Shown here: piece after piece, positions 51,328 to 60,347 of the stretch
How positions within the stretch are numbered: position 1 is the stretch's first letter
Layout: every line of letters starts with the position of its first letter
From: Phaeosaccion multiseriatum
Lineage: Eukaryota; Protista; Ochrophyta, other classes
DNA: 64,000 bases
Reading direction: 5' to 3'
NCBI GenBank assembly: GCA_965112735.1
Contig: OZ218953.1
Coordinates: 1,302,001-1,366,000 of the forward strand
The notes under the pieces: model-generated
Database searches by the model: none
What the model was told of the DNA's origin: nothing
The model's input: the letters and a program-made list of their open reading frames with translations, nothing else
Program-made: the position numbers and the translations under genes

Positions 51328-51852
51328 AGCGTTCGGCCCCGTGCACGCCTAGGGGCCTAGGCCTATTTTGGAAAATTGCCCGGCCTAGCGAGGGCCGTAG
51401 GCCCTCGGCCTATTTATAGGCCGCCTAGGCGGCGGCCTAGGTGGGGGCCGGAGGCCCGCGGCCTAGGGCAGACGCCAACAAGGCGCAGGTCCAGGGCGGG
51501 AATATGCTCATATGCCCCTGACCTGGCCCGGAACCCGCCCAAGTGTCGTCAGTTTTAAGCAAATGTATTGCATGGGATAAGTGAGGAGTAGACTTGGTTC
51601 GTGTTGTCTCTTTCCGCCTCGCTGGCCCTACGAGGAGTGCAGGCCTACAGGTGTGCTGCTACCCACTGGCTGGGCGGCACCACGCACGCGCCCACGGTCA
51701 CTGGGAGGCTGCCTAGAGGCGGGCTAAAGGCCGCCTAGGGCTGAAAAGTGAGCGGCCTAGCGGCCTAGAGCCTAGGCCGCTAGGCGTGCACAAGGGTACT
51801 TAAGAAAACGTCGTTTTCTTAAGTACCCTTGGCGTGCACGGGGCCGAAAGCT
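51328..51852. mobile_element. MITE-like non-autonomous element (~525 bp) with ~34-bp terminal inverted repeats; the right TIR is interrupted
   Basis: Left end gcgttcggccccgtgcacgcctaggggcctaggc (51329-51362) matches the reverse complement of 51770-51791 joined to 51840-51851, with 2 mismatches. Subterminal GGCCTAG motifs repeat near both ends. No coding capacity. No clear outer TSD. Confidence 0.7.
51792..51830. mobile_element. 39-bp perfect palindromic insertion flanked by a 9-bp direct repeat (ggcgtgcac)
   Basis: aagggtacttaagaaaacg-t-cgttttcttaagtaccctt, with direct repeats at 51783-51791 and 51831-51839. Confidence 0.75.
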
Positions 51853-51964
51853 CGAAAGCGTGTTGAAGGGAAAACAAAGTCAACAAATGTCGATACCGAT
51901 TTTCTTTGGCTCAGCGCCCCAGCCCCTCTCGGGGTATAATGATCGTATAATTGCCCTCTTCTCG

Positions 51965-54476
51965 ATGCCCAACATGCTCCTGCGGTTGCTCTTGCTGCTG
52001 CTGGCCGTGGTGGGGAGCTCCGCTGCGGTGACATGGAAAGACGGCCCCGGTGCTCGCTGCTCGGATCGGCAAAGCCTCACCTTGGAAGACGCAGTTGAAA
52101 AGCTCGGTGAGTGTGGTGGGACAGCAGACAGAGCACCTCGGGACAAGCGGATGATGAAGGCATGTGCGGGTTGTGTACGGCGTGGCGCACAGAGTGTTGA
52201 GGACACTCACTGCAGCAGCCGGTAGTTCAGTCGTTCATCCCTTTTTGCCTTTCCCCTTTGCTTGCGTCTCTAACCTCTCTCTCCCTTCCCTTACCTCTTG
52301 CTGCCTTCCGTTTTTGTATGTCCCAGCTGCCAAAGTGCCGACGCAAGGAACTGCGGGCCGGAAGCTCGCCGCCACCGCCCTGTCTGCCAACTTGTGAGTG
52401 CGCATTGCCCATCCATGCACGCTCTCCGCCCTCGCACGCTTGAGATGGATGTACGCTTCACCACCATGTAAACCAGTGCAGACTACCGTTACTCACTCAC
52501 TTCCAACCCCTGTTCCCTTGCAGGAGGCCCGATTCGCCGTCCGTGGTGGCCGTCTTTGGGGAGTCCGATGGCCCTGCCCTGGTGCAGGGGCTGGTGGAGG
52601 CGCTGTTCTTCGACGCCAACGACCCCACGCTCTGTGTCGACATGCGGCGCTACAGCAAGTCCCCGCTGAAGCTGAAGGAGAAAATCCACTCCCACATTGG
52701 GGCGTGTGGGGCGCAGAGCGTCATTGTCCTGGAGCACATGGAGGCGGTCCGAGGGAAGGACTTGCGCGTCATGGACTTGTTCCTGGAAATGTGGAACGGA
52801 GAGAGGTAACGAACGAACTACCTCATTCACACACCCATTGGCTGACTCACTCACGCATGTACGCGCGCATTCACTCACTCACTTACCCACTTACTCACAA
52901 ACACTCACTCACTCACTCACGCACTTCCTGACTTGACTGACTGACTAACCCACTCTATCTCCAAGGCTCAAGTCCGACCAATCCCTGTTGTGTGTGCTTT
53001 CGTTTTCTTGTCTATGCGTCATATCCTTGCCCCCCTCTCCTCTTCCCCCTGTTGCTCAATGTGTCGTAACACGCAACATCCGTACTACTCCTTCGCCCCT
53101 GCACTCACTGCTTCTTTTTAACTTGCCTCTTTGTCTGCTGTTTCTGCCTGCCTACCGCATACACGCGCCTCTCTCTTGTGGTCAGATCCTTCTCGGCAAG
53201 CGACAACGAGGTGCTCAGCGCACAAGGCGTACTGTTCGTCCTTCTCTTCGAGACCGCAGAGGTCCTAAAGGAGACAGAGGCAGAGGAAGGAGAAGAACGA
53301 GCAGCTGCAGCGGGCACAGGAGGTTCCGCGCCGGAGGGGAGGGATTGGAAGAAGAAGCTGCAGCAGTGGTGGGCCTTCGACGGAGAGGAGTTCACGGAAC
53401 AAGCGTTCGCGGGGCGTGTAGCGGATGCCGTCATCCTACGGGAGCCGGGACAGGGAGGGGGGGAGGGCGCGAAGGGAGCACGAGTTGAAAGGGTGTGCAA
53501 AGGTGAGGCACGAAGGCTGGGACGTGACTTGGCTCGGACGGACTTCCTCGAGAACATAGTAGTGATGGTGACCGGCGCATACGGCTAAAGAGTGGGCGAG
53601 CGGGTGGGTGGGTGGGTGGATGTCTGTGCGAGACACACGAGAACTCGTCTGTACTGTTCGGGCTGTAGTGGTGCCCCTCAAGTGTGCTTGCTTTGTCCTT
53701 TCCCCTCTTGCCTCTCTGTGCCTTTTGGTGCGTTGTCTCACGTCTCAGGGATGAGCGTCACAGCGTCTCCCTCCGCGGCCTCTTCCTCCCTGGGGCCGCT
53801 AAGGAAGGCGCTAGAGTCAGCGCTCGCAGGGCTCAAGCAGTGGCTCGAAGGGCCCCTTCCGGCGGTGGCGGCCCTGCTCTCGGCGAGCAGTGGTAGGCAG
53901 CAAGCGGGGCTGGCCACAATGGTTGTTGTACTTGTGCTGGCTTTGGCCATCCCCTCCATGGTGTTGAGCCATCCCCAGGGCGACGGTGGGGTAAAGAAGG
54001 GTACCGTCCAGCCCAACGACAGTAACGGTGTGGTTAGTCATCCAGGACGACGAGGAGGAGGAGGAGGAGGAGGAGGAGGAGGAGGAGGAGGAGGAGGAGG
54101 AGGAGGAGGAGGAGGAGGAGGAGGAGGAGGGACAACAGCAGTAGGAGGGAAGAAGGCGGGGGTGAGCAAGGAGGGGACGGCAACACCACAGGCTGCAGCT
54201 CCAAGGAAGGCCAAGCCTGCCATTCAAGGCCACCGTATTTACGGCGGCGTGGAGTACAACTTGACTGATACGTGGCGCGAAGAGGACGACACGAATAAGT
54301 ACCTAGAGGAGTGCGTCACGATTGCTCGGGCGGGGCAGGAGAGCATCGATGAGTACTGGGACGGCTTGTATGAGAAGCACAGGGGGAAGTTGGTCAACGC
54401 TATCAATAACCACACAAACCTGTTGGTAAAGCAGATGTGGCTTGCTGCGCAAGCGCGTAAAGCAAGCCGATCCTGA
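51965..54476 (+). CDS. Type I membrane protein: signal peptide, torsin/LAP1-like degenerate AAA+ domain, TM helix, C-terminal chromo-like domain; 5 exons
   Basis: Exons ~51965-52106, 52328-52394, 52524-52805, 53187-53502 and 53749-54476 splice in frame. Signal peptide [17 protein letters not shown]; TM helix LATMVVVLVLALAIPSMVL. Domain calls are by visual motif similarity. Confidence 0.7.
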
Positions 54477-54831
54477 ACAATTTGAGGAGCAGGAGCAGTG
54501 GCAGGAGCAGGAGCACGAGCAGATGTGGAGGAGGGGGGGCATTTCCCTCCCTGCTGCCTCCCAGCGAGGAAGGGGGCAATCTTTCCATGCGGAAGGAAGC
54601 CCTCTTTGAAGGAATGCCTCTTGAAACATCTCAAAGGAAGAAGGAAGCGGTGTGGCTCTGATCCGAGAGGCGCAGCGGGGCAGGAAGGGGTGAAGGAAGG
54701 AAGGGAACTCAGCAGGGCCGGCAGGACAATGGGAGCGCGAAGCAGCGGCGGAGCAGAGGAGCAAGGCAACAAAGCCCCCCCCCGGTGCATGCATTCTCAA
54801 TCATCCTTCGAGAGAGGGAGAGAGAGACACA

Positions 54832-54870
<39 letters not shown>

Positions 54871-55540
54871 TGATTGTGTTGCCGAACCCTGCGATGGCCC
54901 AGAGCGGGGGAGGAAGGACATGCCCACTGCACACTTTGGGTGTCGTCAGCCACTCAGTCACTCAGTCAGGCAGGCTGTGAAGCAGAGAGGCAGTGAGGCA
55001 AATCTCCCTGAAGCGCTCTCTGGACCTTGCGCCTCTGCACCGCTGGGGCTGTCTTTTAGGAGCCGATTGGGTGAGTGTGCGGCAGTCCTTCCCGTGGGTA
55101 CGCTCTCACTGCCTTCACTGAGGTTGGGGAGGCAGGGGGGGGGGGGAGTGCTTCCTCAGGACAGTGGGATGAGAGGCCTCCTTTGTTCATCGTCTGGTGG
55201 CGTGCTGACCTTCCTCTCTTACCACACGGGGGGGGGGGGCTTGTCGCCTGGGGTCTCCTGGGGTCGTGGCCGGAAGGGGGGGCTACAGGGGGCGGGTGCT
55301 GCTCCTTGCCTCGTCCGCGGCTGCTGCGGGAGTGCAGGTGTGGATGGGTGGGTATGGGCGGAGAGCGCTACCGGGGACCACCCCGAAGAAGAGAGAGAAT
55401 GAATGAAAAAATCGATCTCGAAATTAAAATCGAGAGGCTGACGCTTGCAACTTTTGAAATGCCCCACACCAAACGGCCTCCTTTCACCTTCTTCACAGGT
55501 CTCTTATCGACTGCCGCTGCTGCTCTCCCTCGGGCATCAA

Positions 55541-56218
55541 ATGAGTGAGTACGAAGAGTCTGTTGTCCAGCAGACAGAGCCTGTGGTAGCAGCAGTGGAG
55601 CCTACGGTCCGAGCTGCAATCAAAACAGTCACAGAGACAATGCCGGCACAAGCTGCCCTGCCCACTCCACTCGCTGACTTCGTCTCCCAGCTGGGGATTG
55701 ATGTGGGGGACATGGATGAGACGAAGCTGATGCAGGGCGTGGTAGGCGCGGTCGTGCTGGGTATTCTCTTGATAGTGTTCATATTCCTGTGCTACTCGGG
55801 AGGGAGGAGTGGCAAGAAGAGCACAGCAGGGTCCAAGAGAACGGAGGCGCCTGCGACCCCTTCCAAGCTGAGGAAGGCGGCACCGAACCCTGCGTCTGCC
55901 ACCAGATCAGCGACACGGGGATCACCGACCCGGAGTGGAGCGGCCACGGCGGGCAATGGTGCGGCCAAGGAGGAGCCAGAGAAGGTCTCGGGAGACGCCA
56001 TCGAGGACCACAAAATAACCGGCAGGTCCCTGTACTACTTGATTCGAGACACCGCGGAGTGGAAGAAGGAGCCTGAGACGATAGCGGAACTCGGTAGTGA
56101 AGTTGTGGATGCTTATTGGGAGGAACTGGTGGAAAAGCACGACACGGACGGGACCGTCATCAAGTGCCGCCGATCTGCAGCAGTAAAGGCGCGGGTTATC
56201 GGAGCAGGTGAGGGTTAA
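55541..56218 (+). CDS. Single-exon, single-pass membrane protein with a basic S/T-P linker and a C-terminal chromo-like domain
   Basis: 225-aa ORF from ATG at 55541. TM helix GVVGAVVLGILLIVFIFLC; TPSK and SPTR sites in the linker. The C-terminus aligns with that of the upstream gene. Confidence 0.75.
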   Translation: MSEYEESVVQQTEPVVAAVEPTVRAAIKTVTETMPAQAALPTPLADFVSQLGIDVGDMDETKLMQGVVGAVVLGILLIVFIFLCYSGGRSGKKSTAGSKRTEAPATPSKLRKAAPNPASATRSATRGSPTRSGAATAGNGAAKEEPEKVSGDAIEDHKITGRSLYYLIRDTAEWKKEPETIAELGSEVVDAYWEELVEKHDTDGTVIKCRRSAAVKARVIGAGEG

Positions 56219-57205
56219 GCTAGCGGGGCTCTTCCGCGTGTCTAGTTGGCCCAGTCGTGGTGGTACTGTGTTTGACCGGAGCCCACAAACTGGAGGGAAG
56301 GAAGCCTTCAGATGTGTTCCGTGAAAATCTTCCACAATGTTGACCTCTCTGCCTCTTTTTGTCTTGGCCTTATACTTTTCCTACTCCTCCTGCTGCTGCT
56401 GCTCCTGATGCTGCTGCTGTGTGTGATGCTGAGCAGAGGCGAGGTTGCCATACTGGGAGAAGGACGCAGCGGAGAGATTAGCCATGGAAGAGGAAAGCGA
56501 AGACTAAATTTTAAAGTTGACTTGGGTAGGAATGGAGCGGAGCTGGGGGGGGGGGGAATACATCCCGCGGCCTTGGCCTTTGGAATAGAACATAAACCTC
56601 CAATGGCTTAGTACGAGAGTACACGTTCTTGCTTCTCAAGAAAAGAGTGATGGCTGTATTAAACGTGAGGGCGGGGAAAAGAGAGAAGAGAGGACGTAGG
56701 GCGGGTGGCTTAACCACCACCCAAGGAGATTAAAGCGGCAGCAGCACAATTGGAGACAGCAGGAGGAGCCCAAGGATGGAGCGGCGGGGGGCACCGGTGC
56801 ACAGCGCATAGGAAGGCAAAGGCATACCTCCAACATGCATGCGTTCAATGCCGCGTAGAAGGGTGTTATTTCTTCTATGGGAATGTGTTTGCCTGTCTGC
56901 TTGCTTGTCGTGCACACACGCCATGCAGGGGCAAGTCGTAGTAACCATGGCAGCCGAGGAAGAGTCGTTACCAAACGACAAGGGGGAAGGGCGCCAAGAA
57001 ACTTTACCGGAGTCTAATCTTCTTCGTCAGCCTTTAAAACATTTACTACACCCGCCTTTGCCAGGCACACTCTAAAAGTACTGCCCATGGAAGGGGAAGA
57101 TGTGCATCAAGTATATCTACAATCCTACGTGACGTGTAAGAAATTTTCTAATATTGGTATCATGTTCACGCCCCCCAAATGCCTCCTGCCACCCATCAAC
57201 CACCA

Positions 57206-58803
57206 TCACCCAGTGATGCTGCCCAGCAAAGCCCCCCCGTACATAAACGTCCTTCCCGTCTCCTCCAGACACTCATCCTTCTCCTCTCGGCTCCACTCCT
57301 TGGCCTGGGCGTCAATCTGCTTGCGCACGCCATCCAGCAGCTCTTTCACGTCTCCGTCCCACTTGTAAAAGTCAAGCTGCGAGGGAGAGGGCATTGGAGG
57401 GGGCAGGCAGAGAGAGAGAGAGAGAGAGAAAGGCAGTCAGTGGCTTTGCATGGGGGAGCACATCACATCGGTCAGTAGGCAACACACAGAAAATGGGTGC
57501 CGTGAAGGTCGGCACCACCACAGAGTCAACTGTAGCCAAGCAAGCGACAGAGAGAGGGATAGGCACACACGCCCACTGAGCACACGGCACAGCATGACTT
57601 ACCGTAGTTCCGTCCAGACACGCCTCGGACACTTTGCGTCCAATCATCTGCCCTCCTGCGGTGTGCGCAAAGTAGTGATTGTAGTAGTGGCACATGAAGG
57701 CAGGAATGCTCTTCTGAACGGTTTCATCGATAAAGTCGGCATAGCCCTGACCCTTGTCCGAGGGACCTGGTGCGGTGAGGCTGTAAGTCTCCTCCATCCA
57801 CTTGATGTCTTTCTCAAGTACTTGCACCCGCTCCAGGCCTGTGGAGCGGAATTGTTCGAGCTTTGGAGAGGATTTCACTCCCTGCCGTAAGGTGGTGTGT
57901 TGTGTGGTGCATCAGAAAGAGTGCGGGTATGTGCACCAACACAATGTGGGTATGCGCATCAACACAACAAAGAAGAGAGGGCAGCCAACGGGGGGTGGGG
58001 CAATGGGGCACCAGAGCAGCGGTAGAACAACAATCGCAGCGAGGAGGGAGGGAGGAGGAGGAGGAGGAGGAGGAGGAGGAGGAGGAGGAGGAGGAGGAGG
58101 AGGAGGAGGAGGAGGAGGAGGACGGGGTTCAATATGTACATCTCTCAGTCGCGATCAAGCTCAATGCGCCGACCGATTTGGCCACTCGGTTCTTAGCGAG
58201 CTCGCACAGACAATCCATCAATAGGCTCGGGCGAAGAAACAAACGCTACAGCAAAGCTTTGGTAGGAAAAGTTGTAGACACAGGTCACTCAGCCAATGTA
58301 CATGTATGGAGGAGGCCAACTTACGCACCCACACGCACCTCTTCTAAAGCGGAGTATACCACCTTACTGTCCACCAAAAATTGCAGATACCCTTCTCTGG
58401 TCGGGCTCCACTCGCTAAACTTCTTTCCCTCATTCTTCTTCTCTCCTTCCTTCGGAGCCTATGGCACACAACACACGAGAAGAGAGGACAGCCGGGTAGG
58501 CAGCCAGGCAGGAAGAGGGCAGAAAATACGATGGGAGGTGTGAGATGGATCGGAAAGGAACAGACAGCTCCAGGCTCGGAGGTGGAAGGAGTTTACGATT
58601 GTCTTTGAGGCAGTAAAACGCCAGTACGATGACGTGCTGGCCTTGCTCCCAAGCAGCTAAGAGCCCCCTCTAGTCAAGCGGCAGGCCGAAGAAACGAATA
58701 TCCCCCCTCCCCTTCCAGATCCCGTACTGACGAACCGCTGGCCGTGTAACATGGACAGACACACGCACGACGCACGCACGCACAGACACCGAGAAAAAGA
58801 GAA

Positions 58804-58870
<67 letters not shown>

Positions 58871-59898
58871 GATCCCTGGTGTGCAGCTTCATGGCCGCCC
58901 TCCTCATCTCGGTCTGCACGAAGGAGTTGCGGTCGGCCTTACCCATCCCCCCGTGGCCGCGAGGAGGCTTCTTGGCCTTGGGTGCGTCTGCTGCTGTGTC
59001 CTTCGCAGTGTCGACCTCTGTGAGTGAAGTGAGTGAGTGAGCAGGTGAGTGATGAGTGAGTGAATGAGTGAGTTGAAAGAGTTGAGTGAGTGAGGGAGTG
59101 AGTGAACGACTGAGTGAGTGAACGAGTGAGTGACTAAGTGAGTGAGAACTCGAGGAGGAGAGGGTGGTGCAGATGGGTGCGGGAGCGAGATTTTGATTTC
59201 TCTACAGTGCATTGAGACGGAATGGGATGTGTGTGTCAAGGGAAAAGAAACAAGTAACGGAAGCACCGATCGCAAGAACACATTGCGTCAACGGGAGTGG
59301 AAGAGACTTTTACAATGCGAGTGAGGAAGGTCACAACTCGGAGGCGAGAGAATGGAGAGTAGTGATGGAAGGACAGAGAAGAAGTAATCAAGTGGAAAAG
59401 AAGAGGGATAAAAGCTCCACATACCTGTGGTAGTTTCTGTCTCCAACTCAGCAGCACGGAGGAGCGTAGGGAGGACGCCCCCCCCTCGGCTCCATGAAAA
59501 CACCGCCCTGTTAAGACTGTCAGTAGGGGGGGGGGGGGGCAGAGGGGACAAGAGCAAGAAGGGGCCAGGGACAAATAGTGAAAATTAGACATTTAACCAG
59601 AGAAGAGAGGGGGCGCAAGGAGAGAAGAGCTATTTAACATAGGTTTGATTCCGTCCAAGCCGGTCGAAGCTTTTCAATATCCCCCTCAGCCTGGCTGCAT
59701 GCCCTTCTCCGTTCCCTCTCTTCCAACGCACCTGTTTCTGCTGCTACTGCAGCTGCTGGCGCTCCTTCGTACACCCCTCTCAGCTCTGCTGGCCCCCGCC
59801 GACCCTCCGCTTGGAGACAAGACATTGCCGCTGATGTGGAAAGCTGATGCGGACGACGCCAAGAGCAGCAAGGACGCCGCGGTGAGCTGGAGAGCCAT
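57206..59898 (-). CDS. HO1: Plant-type (HY1-like) plastid heme oxygenase; 6 exons
   Basis: Bipartite presequence MALQLTAASLLLLASSASA-F. Conserved motifs FVQTEMRRAAMKLHTRDQAPKEGE, WSPTREGYLQFLVDSKVVY, FRSTGLER, AFMCHYYNHYFAHTAGGQMIGRKV, LDFYKWDG, WSREEKDECLEET. Confidence 0.95.
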
Positions 59899-60347
59899 GG
59901 CGGATGGGTGAGGCGCTGAAATGCTCTTGGTGCTCCTGTACCTCCTTCTGCTACGCTGCTGCTTGCTCCTGCCTTGCCACTCCTCTCCTTGCTTCCTTTT
60001 CCTGTCTTCCTCGCGATACTGTGGGGACTCAGCCCCTTTGATGGGCTAAGAAAAAGGAGAAATGAAGCGGGGTGAACTCTCTGGAAGCGATCTGCCTCAA
60101 ATGCCTCTCTGCTAACAATTCCGGCACCCTGTCAACTCCAGCAGTCGGCGACGTAGAGTTTAGGCGGCGTAACAAGCCCTCGTGCAGGCAACCAACAAAT
60201 AGCCGCTCTTCAAATAACGCTGTCTAAAATCGGCCCTAAAATCTCTGTCAGAAAGGTGGTTCCCCCGGGGGAGGGATCACAGATGGCGCTCCCTTAGGGA
60301 TTCCTGAAGTCAACGAGGAAGGGAAGCTTTTTTTTTTTTTTCAAAGC

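Noticed and set aside
30867-59898. CPR plus heme oxygenase as a functional gene cluster
   Set aside because: They are ~24 kb apart with unrelated genes between. The HO is plant-type and plastid-targeted (ferredoxin-dependent class), whereas CPR is ER-anchored.
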